Counted from the stretch's first letter, positions 49,885 to 64,000 are shown. The stretch: DNA of 64,000 nucleotides from Octopus sinensis (GCF_006345805.1 NC_043018.1:10044001-10108000), one strand, 5' to 3'. Program-made: numbers and translations. The notes: generated by a model not told the origin, from the sequence alone.

Positions 49885-50599
49885 CATACACACACACACA
49901 AACATATTTTTTTAACTAATCTAATTACTAAAATTACATTGTGACTACAAATAATTTCTTTTTTAATTAAACATTGCCAAAGCAAAACTTGCCTGATTTC
50001 CATGACTATGTAATTATACATATGTGGCTCCTCTTGTGGTCACAGTTATTACAAGGGAGATAATCACTTTATCTTAACCAGAAACAGGATTAGAACACGA
50101 TTACACTGCTGAAATCTTAGAGAATGAAACATCTTTGTAAGTGATATATTAGAACACTGAATAGATTAACTATGTTATAATTAGTTGTTTTAAATTAAAT
50201 TTATATTTCATATCATCATTATTATCATTTAATGTCTGTTGTCCATGCTGGCATGGGTTGGACGGTTCGACCAGGGTTTGTAAGCTGGAAGGCTGCACCA
50301 GACGCCAATCTGATTTGGCACGGTTTCTATGGCTGGATACCCTTCCTAACGCCTCTGAGAGTGTAATGGGTGCTTTTTTCATACCACCAGCACAGGTGCC
50401 ATTTGTGTGACAACAGTATCTGCCACAACTGCAGTTTTACTTGGCTCAATGGGTCTTCTTCTCAAGCACGACATAATACCAAAAGGTGTTGGTGATTTGA
50501 AATTGCCTCTGTGAGGCCCACTGAAATTGAAATTTTTAGCAAACAAGAAATCTTTACTGTATAGAAGAAATGAAGAACAAAATAAGATTTTAAAAAAAT

Positions 50600-50910
50600 A
50601 TATTACGTGCCGGTGGCATGTAAAAAGCACCATCCGATCGTGGCCATTGCCAGCCTCGCCTGGCCCCCGTGCCAGTGGCACGTAAAAAGCACCATCTGAT
50701 CGTAACCATTTGTCAGACTCATCTGGCATCTGTGCCGGTGGCACGTAAAAAGCACCCACTACACAGTGGTTGGCGTTAGGAAGGGCATCCAACTGTAAAA
50801 ACATTGCCAGATCAGACTGGGCCTGGTGCAGCCTTCTGGCTTCCCAGACCCCACTTGAACCGTCCAACCCATGCCAGCATGGAAAGTGGACGCTAAACGA
50901 TGATGATGAT
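50600..50910 (+). mobile_element. Retroposon family D (GGCGTTAGGAAGGGCATCC domain, (GAT)n tail); representative copy
   Basis: Conserved body ending ...CCATGCCAGCATGGAAAACGGACGTTAAACGATGATGAT. Copies at about 10355-10545(+), 13200-13450(-), 41160-41400(-), 50220-50400(-), 62990-63270(+). Confidence 0.75.
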
Positions 50911-51694
50911 ATTACAAATAGCTTGTTTACATTTAGAAGGTAACAGTAGAAGCATCTAGAATATGTAAATGATATTCCCTTAAAGTAATGCATCTCAAGT
51001 GCCAATCCAGTAATAATTAATTGCTCATAATACCTAGGGTATGAATAATGTAACCCTAGATACACTATGCCAGAAGAAGAAAAAAGAAGCCGGGTGGGAT
51101 GATCAAATTTAGAATGCTTTTGATCACAGTTCTGTTTAATTAGGATTCACCTGTGGTCAAATAACCGTCGGCTGAAGACCATCTGTTCTTCATTGCCAGA
51201 ATTATATGGTACCTTAAGGTGGTGAGCAGGCAGAATTGTTACACGCCAGGAATGCATTTTCCCATCCCCTTGGATGGGAAAAAGACCGAAAGCTATCTGT
51301 ATGACTTGAAACACACATCTATTGAACTTAGAAAATCGTGGTGCCATAACACCAAAGTAGTTTTCTGAATCTCATTCATTCAAATTAGATACTTTAACCT
51401 TAAAAGTGAAAAAGCAAGTTTGTTTACATTTAGAATGTAGCTGCAAAATCGTTGAGAAATATGTACGTAAGTGTTCAATAGACAATGCTGCTTGAATGCC
51501 AGCCCAGTATTAAATGATGTCACTGGATTAGCATTCGAGATATTTAACAAAGACCTGTTTCTATATTTAAGGTAATTTAATAAAATCTACTTTGTATAAT
51601 GAGACTAGTTTCTTTAATTGAATAAATTGCATACATTTGTGAAGATCTCACTTCTCTATTAATTTTTTTCTATTTCTAATTACAAAACACAATT

Positions 51695-51764
<70 letters not shown>

Positions 51765-51801
51765 ATATATATATATATATATACACACATATATATATAT
51801 G

Positions 51802-51850
<49 letters not shown>

Positions 51851-51932
51851 ATATATATACACACATATATAGATACATATATGTATATATATATATAATA
51901 TATATATATATATGTATATATATATATGATAT

Positions 51933-51964
<32 letters not shown>

Positions 51965-51972
51965 ATATATAT

Positions 51973-52041
<69 letters not shown>

Positions 52042-53229
52042 CATATACATACATATATATGTATGTATGTATGCATGTATATATATATATATACATATAT
52101 ACATACATACATACATACATACATATATGTACATATATATGTATATACACACATATGCATATATATATATATAAATAATTATATCATATACAGATACATA
52201 TATATGTATTTATAAATATATGTGTGTGATACATGCACATACAACCAAGATCGTTATTTCTTGCTTATCTATTGAGGTAATTAGAAAACTACACAATATC
52301 GTGTAGTTAATATTTCTATCGTTACTGCAAGCAAATGACATCTTTGTTTCAGAGATACAATAATTATTAATTAATAACACTGAAAGCTATTGTATGTCAG
52401 TCGGTTCCAATGACAGTCTTCGTTACGCTTTTAAATTTAGAGATAAAACCCCCATTTATTCCTGATGCAATTTGGCAAATATTCAGTGAAAATTTAGCAA
52501 TGAAAATTCGTCCCAAAATTCCCATAATGCTTATATCCCTGCTAAACCCAACTTAAACATTTCAAGACCTAACCCCAATTTCCACCAAACCCTTTAAAGT
52601 GCAGCACCTATAGAACATCCTCCAAACCCCTTTAAAAAACCCCAGATACAATACACACAAACATTTATACAATATATTCAATTATTTTTTTTTATTTTTA
52701 AGGATTTTTTTTCTTAATTTGGTAAGTATTATTTTGACCGCTATTTGGGTGAAGAGGAAGAGGCCTCTCAGTTAAATGATGAATCTTCCGCAATACGATT
52801 GGCTGGTTTGATCAGATGACAAATTCAAGCTATCTGATTGGGCTTCATTTCAAAGTGAGTTCTACACAGAACAAGCCATCATTTGCAGGAAGTGGATTGC
52901 CATTGATTATCATCGAAAGGTATTTGTATTGAGTACTCCAGTTATATAATCTTCTTGTGCAACAACAAATTCAACTTATTTGAAATAAATACAGAAGTTT
53001 TTGAAGAGTTATACAACAAGGGAATGACTGTTACATTTGTCATAAACTCCATTTTGATTTATATGTTGGATTATAATGAAAAAAAAAATAGATATTGAAA
53101 AACTAAATAAAAATATAGGTTTCAAATAGCTTTTGATTATTTGATTATGAATTGTAAATTAACGGTTAGTAAATTTGATGCAAATTTAAATTGATTTATT
53201 AATGCTAGGTTATAATAAAAATAATAATC

Positions 53230-54090
53230 TCTGTATAATAATAGGCTATAGTGAACAGTTAACAGTGTGAAATAAACCTATAGAGAACAGTTAACGGAGG
53301 TGAAACATAAACATAGAAAATAAATATATAGTTAACAATATATCTTTAGTGAACAATTAACAGCATGAGATAGACCTATATAAACAATTAACATCTTGAA
53401 TAAGCCTATAGTGAACATTTAACAGCAGGTGAAACATGAATGTGGAAAATAAATGAATAGTGAACGTATAGTGGCTATTATCAGTGGACATGAATGTGAA
53501 AGTAAACATATGGCAAAGAATTAATAACATGTTATAGATAGAACTATAGTGAACAGGTTGCTGTTTATAATACATAACTGTGGATAATATACCTGCCAGT
53601 TAACAAGAGGGAGATAAACCTGCAGTGAACAGTTTTTATCAGGTGATATGTAAATATGCAAGATAAACGTATAATGTACAGTTAACAGTAGGGGACATGT
53701 GAATGTGGAAGATAAATGTATAGTGAACTGATTAAAAGAAATAGTACATAGATACATAAACCTCTAGTGAACAGTTAACAGAATGTTTTAAAGCTGTAGT
53801 GGACAGTAAACAGCATATGGAATATGGAAGTTTGTTTTACTTTTAAGATAACAAATAAACCTATAATGAACAGTCAACAATATAACTCTGTAGGGGATGG
53901 TTAACAGCAGGTGTTACCTGAATGTGGAACATGAATGTTTAAAGAACAGCTAATAAGATAGACTGCATAAACCTATAGTGAACAGTTAACAGGAGATAAA
54001 CTTAAAGGGAACAGTTAGCTGAATGTGGGAGATGAACATATAGGGAACAGCTTATAACAGTTGACATATAAATGTGTGAGGTAAACATAT
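53230..54090. repeat. Degenerate minisatellite built on CTATAGTGAACAGTTAACAG
   Basis: Motif recurs at about 30-60 bp spacing. Confidence 0.7.
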
Positions 54091-57000
54091 GGTAATTACC
54101 TATAAATATATTTCTTTACTACCCACAAGGGGCTAAACACAGAGGGGACAAACAAGGAGAGACAAACGGATTAAGTCGATTACATCGACCCTAGTGCGTA
54201 ACTGGTACTTAATTTATCGACCCCGAAAGGTAAACAAGTGATATATGAAATGCTATGATAAAAGTGATTCCTTATGTTCCTACATAAAAAAAAAAAACTG
54301 TCTTTAAATGAAGATAAGCCATAAACACAACAGACAAATCCATAAACAGTCAAAATTCTTCAATAACCAAAATTTATTTTAATTTTTGTTTGTATTTTAC
54401 ATATTAAAAAATGAATTTATTGAAACAATTTTATAAAATATTGTCATATTTATTGATATTTACCTCAATGTCATCCATTTGGATGGTTTTGGTACAAGAA
54501 CACTATACAACTGGAGGTTTAGACATACCCTAACTGCCAGCATGGAACTTGATTTCTTTAAAAGCCATTAATTATTCTTTTAAATTTCACTAAATTTCAT
54601 ATCAAAACCTTTACTGTTTTGGCTTCTTTCTGTGATATAATCAGACAAATACCACACAGCTCTCTACCATTTCAGATATTGCTGTATATCATGTTTTATG
54701 TTACAGACTTTTGTCAAAAAAAAGAAGAAAAAAGATTAAAAGACTGAAATTCATTTAAATTATAAATATATAAGATTAAAAATATTTTCCAAGAGATTTA
54801 TTAAAAATGTGTCTTGCAAAGTAAAAAGACTAACCCCAAGTTTATTGTGGCGGTTAGGGGTTGTTCGTTTAGTTAGTTTCCCCTAAGGTATGCTGCAGGT
54901 GAATATTTAGTTGTATTTATATATTTTTAGTTTGAAAATGTTTCACTTTGATTTTCCAGTATTATTTTTCAGTTTTTCTTTTTTTTTTCTGTAACCTTTT
55001 GGTCCTGTTGTTTCAAAGAATTTTGTTCATATTCATGTGAGACAGTCGTTACTGGAATGATTTAGTGAGGTTTATGCAAAAAATTCTTCATCAAAACAAC
55101 CAAGTAAAAGATTTACTGTCTGATGTTTAGAATACAAATGGAAATGGGAGGTGATAGGCATGGGTGGGTGGGGGAAACGAGCAGGAGAGGTTAAAGAACA
55201 GACTTTGAATCAGTTTAAAAAGGGAAGCCGAAGAAAGAAATGATTTGATGCTGTTGGTGTTATGTAAATAGTTTCCTGAAAGAAGGGGTTCTTAAAATTT
55301 AGTTCAAAAATCTTCAACAATGGACACACCACATGAAAAATACATAAGGGTCCATAAAGGCAAGAAAACGACAAATCTGAGATGACTGCACATACAATAA
55401 TGAAAAAACCTGAAAATGGTGAAAATACTACAGAACGAACCATACACGAAACAAACAAGACATTACAACAAATCAAAAATAAATATAAAGGAAAAGAATT
55501 TAAGTATCTCAAATGAAGATGAAGATCTTGGATGTCATCACCAAATAGACAGCCGCATCAATGAGCGTATAACCTAAGTGCCACTGTTAACCAGGGCCAG
55601 ATTCAGACCTGTAGATGCCCTACACACTTGAAATATTTTGGTCTCCCCCAATATATATGTAATTCAAAATATAAACAATAATAAACCATGAAATAAATCT
55701 TTATTTTTCAAAATGAAACAAAAAACTAACAGTAAGATGGAAAATGATTCTTGTTTCTGTATATTCTTACTCTCTCTCTTTTACTTGTTTCAGTCATTTG
55801 ACTGCGGCCATGCTGGAGCACCACCTTTTAGTCGAGCAAATCAACCCCGAGACTTATTCTTTGTAAGCCCAGTAGTTATTCTATCAGTCTCTTTTGCCAA
55901 ACCGCTAAGTGACGGCGACGTAATCACACCAGCATCAGTTGTCAAGCAATGCTAGGGGGAGTAACACAGACACACAAACATACACACACACACACACACA
56001 TATACATATATACGACGGGCTTCTTTCAGTTTCCATCTACCAAATCCACTCACAAGGGTTTGGTCGGCCCGAGGCTATAGTAGAAGACACTTGCCCAAGA
56101 TGCCATGCAGTGGGACTGAACCCAGAACCATGTGGTTGGTAAGCAAGCTACTTACCACACAGCCACTCCTGCACCTATATTTATATTTGAAAAGTTTCCT
56201 GCTACTTTTTTTAATTGCAAAGTCTTTGATCAGAGCCTCATTATAACACCATGGACACTTTGAAATTATATTTCCAATCACATAAACTATTCTAAATAGT
56301 TTAAAGTGATTTCTTTTGTGCTGTAAACCATTTACCATTTCTGTGGTGCCCTCAGCCAGTGCTTATTTTCATTAATGGTTAATCCAGCCGTGCTGTTAAC
56401 AACAAACTGATAATAAACACATAAAGGTAAAACAGTAAAGTTACCTTCTCAAGTCATACTGACTCACAAGAGCTGGTTTGCCAGTTTCCATGGTGTATGA
56501 CCCCCCACCCTGCGACAGAATTCTGGTCAGTCACAGGATTACTCATCTTTGCCAGCTGAGTGGTCTGCAGCAATGTAAAATGAAGTGTCTTGCTCAAGGA
56601 CACAATGCGTCACCTGGTCCAGGGATTGAAACCACAATCTTATGATCAGGAGTCCGAAACCCTAACCACTAAGCCCCAAACTCCCACGATATAAATACAT
56701 ATATATTTCTTTACTACCCACAAGGGGCTAAACACAGAGAGGATAAACAAGGACAGACAAACAGATTAAGTCGATTACATCGACCCCAGTGCGTAACTGG
56801 TACTTAATTTATCGACCCCGAAAGGATGAAAGGCAAAGTCGACCTCGGCGGAATTTGAACTCGGAACGCAACGACAGATGAAATACGGCTACGAATTTCG
56901 CCCGGCGTGCTAACGTTTCTGCCAGCTCGCCACAATATAAATACATAGATTGCAACTGGGTCCCCAGAGTCGACATTGAGGGAGTCCAATGGAAATAATG

Positions 57001-58589
57001 AAGGAAATGGAGAGAAACGATACGAAACTGATGCACGTGGATCTACGTAAATATCAGTTTGTGGGGCTTCGTGAAAGAAGGAATGTTGCGGAGATCTTCA
57101 GGAAAGTTTGTCCACAGAAACAAAATAATGGAATATCAGCAAACTGACTCATCGCATCTCATCATTAGCATTGGTGGCATCGAGGGAAATCAGATGTGAT
57201 AATAACAGTCAGAAATTCTATTCTGAGAAGGCTGAAAATGAAGAGCAAGTGTACTAACATAAGATTGGAAAAAAATAAAAAGGTAAGGAACATCCTTAGT
57301 GAAATGTAAAAATAAGGGACCGACATGAAAATGAAAAAGGGGTTCCAAATAATCAAAGAGTTTAATATCAATAAAAACAAAAGGCATTCGACTTGGTGGT
57401 TAGAGAGAGAATAGGTACAAAGACACAAGTCACCTTAGCATGAAACTTTGAGGTAGTCTCTCGGATGTGAGAAAAGGATGGTTCTGCAATTTGCACAGAT
57501 GATCTGTTTATAATGATCGAATGTGTGTGCTCATTCCTTCTATTGATTCAATATTGCCTGATCAGGTGCACAAATGCCAGGTGCACAAATGTCAGGTTCA
57601 CAAATGTCAGGTGCATGTTAGATGTCAAAATGACAACAGAGAAACATGGAATAAAGTGTTTTGCCCAAGAAAACACTGTACCATCTGGTCTGGTAAATGG
57701 ATCCATTATCTTGTGATTGTGAGGACAATATCCAAACCATTAGGCCATCCGTCCTCACAGTATTAAATCACAGTTCTAACATTACATACTAACTGGAATT
57801 TAGGTAAACTGGAAAGTTAAGTCAGAAAAAAAGGAAACTGTTAACAGCAATTCAAAGTCATCAGCCTGAAATGTGATGCAGATAAAATAGAGACTATCTC
57901 AGATGCAGCAGGGATTCATCTGACACAGAAGAAAACTACTACAAAGTGACAACAGTAAGACTAGAAAAATACTCAGAAATAAGTGAGAGAAAACTGAAAA
58001 GTGTAATTAAGGAAACAAAATAACAAAGCAATATCAAAAGGAATTTCCCCTTCTCTCTGTTTAAGGAGCCACAAGCACTTTCACGGAGACGTACAGACAA
58101 GACAGGAACTTCTGCCAACAAAATTCCATCACAAGATTTCGGTTAACTTGAGGATATGCCAGAAGACACTTGCCCAAGGTGCTTTGCAGTGGGACTGAAC
58201 CTGAGACCATGTGGTTGAGAAGCAAGCTTCCATGAACACAAGGAATGCAATTTTGAGGGGAGGGTGTTTGTAGATTAAATCAACCTGAGTATTTAACTGG
58301 TTTCTTATTTAATTGAACCTGGAGGGACAAAAGAGGAAGTTGTTCTTGGTGAATGTAAAGAGTTGCAACAAACAGTGAGTTTAATTGTTTCAACACTCTA
58401 ACAACTCTGCTAACATCCCCACCCGCTTACAATATATAGAATATAAAATGGTAAAATAAAAACTGGAAGCTAACAGCATTGAAGTAAAAGATTTAGATGA
58501 GGATAAAACAATACAAAAAATCTAATAGGAAACAATACAAAAAAACTAATAGGAAAGAGAAAATAAAAATCAAAATGAAATTACAAAAT

Positions 58590-59170
58590 ATACTAACAAG
58601 GAATTGGAGAGAAAAACCATTCTATGGCCAATATATCACATGACTTGACAAAGCGGAAGAATGCCAGAGTGAATGCCAACAATGGCTCCAGTGCTCTGAG
58701 ATAAGCATAGAAACAGGTCTGGGTTAAACTGCGCAGGATCAATGTCAACTACAAATGATTTTATAGAAATACAATAATTGTTTCTTATTTCGGTACAAGT
58801 CCAGCAGTTTTGAGGCGCAAGGGTTTGTTGATTAGCTCCAGGACTTGGGTTCATAGATTATTTTATTAATCTCCAGAGGGGATGAAAGGCAAATTAGAAC
58901 TTGATGTGATTTGAGCTCTGAGAGTAAAGAACCTGAAGAAATATTGCAAGACAATTCGTTCACAAAAATACAATAATTAAAATAATGATGATAATGATAA
59001 TAATTAAAATAATGATGATAATGGCATCAAATGGAGAGAATGGAAGCAATGCAATGAGACAGTTGACCCATGTCTTCTCTGGTTGTCCAGTTTTTGCCAA
59101 GTCCATGCGTATTCACAGACACAATTAAGGTGACAGTTATGTACCATAGGTAATGATATGTTGTTGTTTT
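58590..59170 (+). mobile_element. Degenerate R4/Dong-like RLE LINE fragment, interrupted by a SINE piece
   Basis: WREKPFYGQY...QWL...ETG...AQDQ (58596-58745) and ETVD/HVFSGCPVFAKSMRIHRHN (CCHC-knuckle region, about 59076-59145), with stops and frameshifts. Confidence 0.6.
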
Positions 59171-60391
59171 GACATGAAAATGAATGTGTTTTGGAGATCG
59201 AAACAAATAGTATACATTTCTTTACTACCCACAAGGAGCTAAACACAGAGGGGACAAACAAGGACAGACAAACAGATTAAGTCGATTACATCGACCCCAG
59301 TGCGTAACTGGTACTTAATTTATCGACCCCAAAAGGATGAAAGGCAAAGTCGACCTCTTTGTTGATCGAGACAAATAGTATAGTTTATTATTGTGAAAGA
59401 TGGAAATGAGAATGTCTATACTCCATTAGACATATCAAACACTACCAACCAAAATATTGGTTTCAAATTTTAGCACAATGCCAGCAATTTTGGGGAGAGG
59501 TAAGTCAATTAGATCAATCCCAATGTTCATCTGGTACTTATTTTATCGACCCTGGAAGGGATGAAGGGTGAATTTGAACTCAGAACGTGAAAATGGATGA
59601 AATGCTGCTAAGCATTTTGATTGGTATGCTAACAATTCTGCCAGCTGGCTGCCCTAAACTGCAAACTAAAATATTGCCCAAAAGGACTTGAAGAAACTGT
59701 CAAAGTACAAGGATCTTCAAACTGAAATAAACAGGATGTGGAACATGCCAGAAAATACAGAACCAACAGCAATTAGAGCATTTGGCATGATAAAATAAAA
59801 TCATTCAGGGTTCATGTTATATACGGTTGAAATGGAAGTTCTACAAAACATGGCCTGTCTCCTACACAAGACAGTTTCTGTACAATAACAGAACACAAAC
59901 AGTACCACTCTCTGTACACAATACAGGCCCTATACAATAACCAGCCAATGAAATAACATAGCACATTCAACAAACAGCAAGTGGAATCCTTACCCAATAA
60001 TATAAACTGGCACAACATTGGTTATGATGACGAGGGTTCCAGTTGATATGATCAACAAAACCTACTCATGAAATTAACATGCATGTGGCTGAGAGCTCCA
60101 CAGGCACATGCACCCTTAACGTAGTTGTCTGGGAGATTCAGCATGACACAGAGTGTGATAAGGCTGGCCCTTTGAAATGCAAATACAACTGATTTTTGCC
60201 AGCTAAGAGCAACGTCAAATAAAATGTCTTGCTCAAGGACACAATGTGTTGCCTGGAATTGAACTCCCGACCTTACTAAAGTGAGGTGAATACCCTAACC
60301 ACTAAGCCATGTGCTTCCACTTACCCAATAATATAACAGAATATAATGCAATACCTACTCCAGTAACTCACATTCTATACATATGTCATCC

Positions 60392-60620
60392 ATTAACCCT
60401 TTCGTTACCAACCCGGGCGAAACCAGCTCCGGCTCTGAGTACAAATGTCTTGTTTTCATGAGTTTTGAATTAAAATCTTCCACCAAGCTTTAGTCACAAT
60501 TTATGTTCCTAACACTAGCTGAATGATGACTAACTTATTTTACAAAATTCTTTGTTATATTTAAAGCAATTGAAAGAAACACAGAGCATCTCAAAATAAA
60601 TGCAGCAACAAAAGGGTTAA
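60392..60620. mobile_element. Complete piggyBac-like MITE (TTAA-CCCTTT...AAAGGG-TTAA)
   Basis: TTAA at both ends with TIRs CCCTTTCGTTAC / GCAACAAAAGGG. Reverse complement of the copy at about 37491-37850. Confidence 0.75.
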
Positions 60621-61139
60621 TATCATAGAATATACGCAGCTTGTGTCCTACACAATTGTTGACTAAACACTAATTATGCATATTCTACACAGTCACCACC
60701 CAAAACTACAACAGATACACACTCTGCATAATCATACACATTCCTGTGCATTGGCACACTGAGCAGTTACACAAGAGCCCCCGCTGGAATAGGGGCCCAA
60801 TATTCTTTTCTACTCTAGGCACAAGGCCCGAAATTTTTTATATACAGCTTCAATCGCACAACACTTACAAAACATAAACACAGACAGCAGAATACAGGCA
60901 CAGCTCCGCATCATGACAGCATCCCCAGATTAACTCGGATGATCCCAAGGTTAATATTACTTAACACCATAATAAAGGCTTCCAAAAATGGGAGTTAATA
61001 GACCTGTAATAAGAGCAGAGATATTAAGATGGCAGTGGTGGTGGTGGTGGGCTGTCTCTAGAAAGGAGTGAAGATGAGAGGTTTAGAGGCAGTGTATGTG
61101 AAGAAACAGCATTGATATGGAAGAAATATGACAGAGAGG

Positions 61140-61740
61140 AAAGAGAGATCATAGCGAGGGGAGGGGTGTCATAGTGTAGGAAGAAACATCATAGTAAAGC
61201 AAGGGACATCATAGTGAGAAAAAAACTAATATAGTGAGGGGGAAAATTACATAGGGAGGGGAGAAACATCATAGCAAGGAGAGAGAGAGACATCATAGTA
61301 AGGGAAGGAATGTCATAGTGAAGGTAAGGCAAATCATAGTGGGAGAAAAAGCACCAAAGTGAAGAGAGAAGTATCATAGTAAGGGGAGAAACATCATAGT
61401 GGAGGTAGAGTAGATCATAGAAATATCATAAGGAAGAGATAAATGTCATAGCAAATGGAGAGACATCATAGTGATAGGAGAAACATTATAGGGAGTTGAG
61501 AAAGATCATAGTGAGAAGAGAAACGTCATAGCAAAGGAAGAGACATCATAGTGATAGGAGAAACATCATAGGGAGTTGAGAAATATCATAGTGATTGGGG
61601 AACGTCACAGTGAGGAGAAAATTATCATAGTGAAGGAAGAAACATCATAGGGAGAGAAGAAGCATCATAATAAAAAAAGAAACATCATAGTCAGGCTAAT
61701 GACATCATAATAAAAAGAGAAACATCATATTAAAGAGGAG
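61140..61740. repeat. Degenerate minisatellite, ~21-bp unit (GAGAAACATCATAGTGA..)
   Basis: CATCATAG-like motif recurs about every 21 bp. Confidence 0.75.
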
Positions 61741-62186
61741 GATATTGTTGCAAAGAGATAAACATTCGTGAAAAATGGAATCTTTATGAATGGGACAAAA
61801 AGTTCCAGAGCAGAGCAGACATTCTTATCAATGGTACCAGGAAAAACCTTGGCAGCTTCAGACCAGAGATTCTGACACCGATTCCAACACCTCAATGAAG
61901 CTAGACACTACAATATTTTACTAAGCTGGTCTTTTAGACATCTGCTATAGAATCTGTTTGAAACTAAATCAGATGAAACATTCTATCCATGCTTCAAATT
62001 TTATTTTGCTATCTTGCTGTCAGGAATTTTGGTAAGCTTTCCTTGTGTTTAGAACCAAAAAGAGAAGGAAAAGAATATATGCTATTTTTGTTGGTTTTTT
62101 TTTTTGTCATGTCTTTATATGAAAATTTTTTTATCATGCTGTATTTTTCGAAATTTACATGAGGTTCTTTGAAATTTATTTTTCAG

Positions 62187-62365
62187 TACCAATATGGGCT
62201 ATCATACTAATTTGTGCGGGAGTTTTGCTTTTCTTGGTGTGTGCAGCTTATTGTTGCTGCAAACGTATTTGCCGCAGGAGAAAGAAGAAAGATGGCAAAA
62301 AGGGGCTAAAAGGAGCAGTTGACCTCAGAAGTGTGCAGATTCTAGGCAATTCCATCAAAGAAAAG
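62187..62365 (+). CDS. Syt1: Synaptotagmin-1, transmembrane + Cys-cluster + polybasic linker exon ((L)PIWAIILICAGVLLFLVCAAYCCCKRICRRRKKKDGKKGLKGAVDLRSVQILGNSIKEK)
   Basis: tttcag| acceptor (AG 62185-62186) and AAG|GTGAGG donor at 62366 (phase 0). Single TM helix, Cys cluster and the KKGLKGAVDL..VQ.LG...KEK signature of invertebrate Syt1. Confidence 0.95.
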
Positions 62366-62779
62366 GTGAGGGGCTTCGATTAGTTTATCTTCTTTCTCAA
62401 TCTGTCAATCGGATTTGTTTGTTAATTAAATTAACTGTAATTAACAGATTATTCTTATCAGCTTTCCAATATATATATATATATATAAATCCTTAAATCC
62501 TTAAAAATGTTTTAGCCCGAAGGCCGCGGCCATGCTGGGGCACCACTGTGATATATATACAAAAAATATATACATATATTAATATAGTTATATACACGAT
62601 GATGTTGATATATACATAAACATATATCTATATCTGTCTATATACATACACACACACATATATATATATAGACATACATATTTATACAAAATAATTAATG
62701 TGGCTAGATGCAATTCAAAACCCAAAAGAAAATAATTCACTCTCATTAAAAATGTATCCTATAATGTATGTATATATAC

Positions 62780-62829
<50 letters not shown>

Positions 62830-62862
62830 CACACACATATACATATATACTCTTATATATAC

Positions 62863-62893
<31 letters not shown>

Positions 62894-62929
62894 ATACACA
62901 CACATATACATATATACTCTTATATATAC

Positions 62930-62989
<60 letters not shown>

Positions 62990-63595
62990 GATCAATGCTA
63001 GGGCTGCCTGACTGGCTCCCATGCTGGTACCACGTAAAAAGCACCATCCAAACGTGATCAATGCCAGGCCCACCTGACTGACTCCTGTGCTGGTGGTATG
63101 TAAAAAGCACTCATTAAACTCTCAGGGTGGTTGGCATTAGGAAGGGCATCCAGCTGTAGAAACATTGCCAGATCAGACTGGAGCATGGTGCAGCCGCTGG
63201 CTCTCCAGACCTCAAACTGTCCAACCCATGCCAGCATGGAAAACAGACGTTAAACGATGATGATGATGACATACACACACACACATATTGACCAGACTAT
63301 CAGATACTGTTACAATGTACCTCACATTGTTTTGAATGATGCCACCCAGCCAGCGAGGTGGGTAGGCCAATATTCCAGCTGATTGGAAGATTGTTTCATC
63401 ACTGAGTTACTCATTTACTTCTGAGAGGACTGGAGCAACATGAAATGAAGTGTTTTGCTCAAGAACACAACACGCAGCCTGGTGCATAAATCGAACTCAC
63501 TACCTCATGGTTTGTCTGCCCAATGCTCTAACCACTGAGCCATGTATCTTATATAATACACACAACACACACACACACACATATACTGGATGATA

Positions 63596-63635
<40 letters not shown>

Positions 63636-64000
63636 ATCAGCAACAATTTAGATTCAAATGAATATGGTACTTAATTTAGATGCACCAGAATTTTAGATGC
63701 ACCATAAAAATTTGTGGGGTGATTATTATCAAAAATAAGCAACAAGAATGATTCCGGTAATTTGCAAGCAGAGTTTTGGTCAGTTAGCATCTGAACTTCA
63801 CAACTTCACATGTTCCTAAAATTTATATCAACTTCTTTATCTGTATATTTACCTTCCCTAAAATGTTACTACTTGATTTGAAAGCTTTTATATTATTGGA
63901 AAACCTATATAAATTGGCTGAAGAATACTCAGCATCTTAAATCTGCTGTAATATTTACAGCTTTTAATAAAATGTTGTAGTGTGAAACAATTGTACCAAA

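Noticed and set aside
62159-62186. ATG of the 74-aa track ORF as the Syt1 start
   Set aside because: It lies in the intron's pyrimidine tract; the acceptor at 62186 joins the upstream exon in frame.

Overview
AT-rich, microsatellite-saturated animal DNA. The repeat content and protein sequence point to an octopus (coleoid cephalopod) genome; this is inferred, not checked by search. The only supportable gene is synaptotagmin-1 on the + strand. Its start-codon exon (28883-29090, ATG 28904, lumenal domain) joins in phase 1 across a 33.1-kb intron to the transmembrane/palmitoylation/basic-linker exon (62187-62365). An upstream non-coding exon and the C2A/C2B exons were not found or lie outside the window. 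The rest is mobile-element debris: several tRNA-derived SINE families, RLE-type LINE relics (HERO-like, R4/Dong-like), an RTE fragment, a DD37D (maT) mariner relic, a hAT MITE with 8-bp TSD, piggyBac-like TTAA MITEs, a Helitron-like element, minisatellites and long simple repeats. Almost all track ORFs are microsatellite artefacts. Most notable observations: (1) hammerhead-ribozyme motifs from about six unrelated repeat families, including an apparently circularly permuted, pseudoknotted hammerhead in the 3' UTR of the HERO-like LINE (22744-22828, minus); (2) a perfect 105-bp-arm hairpin in the Syt1 intron; (3) a 230-bp homotypic cluster of nuclear-receptor half-sites; (4) candidate cryptic exon and regulatory signals around Syt1. 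All folds and motifs were read by eye; none has been computed or tested.
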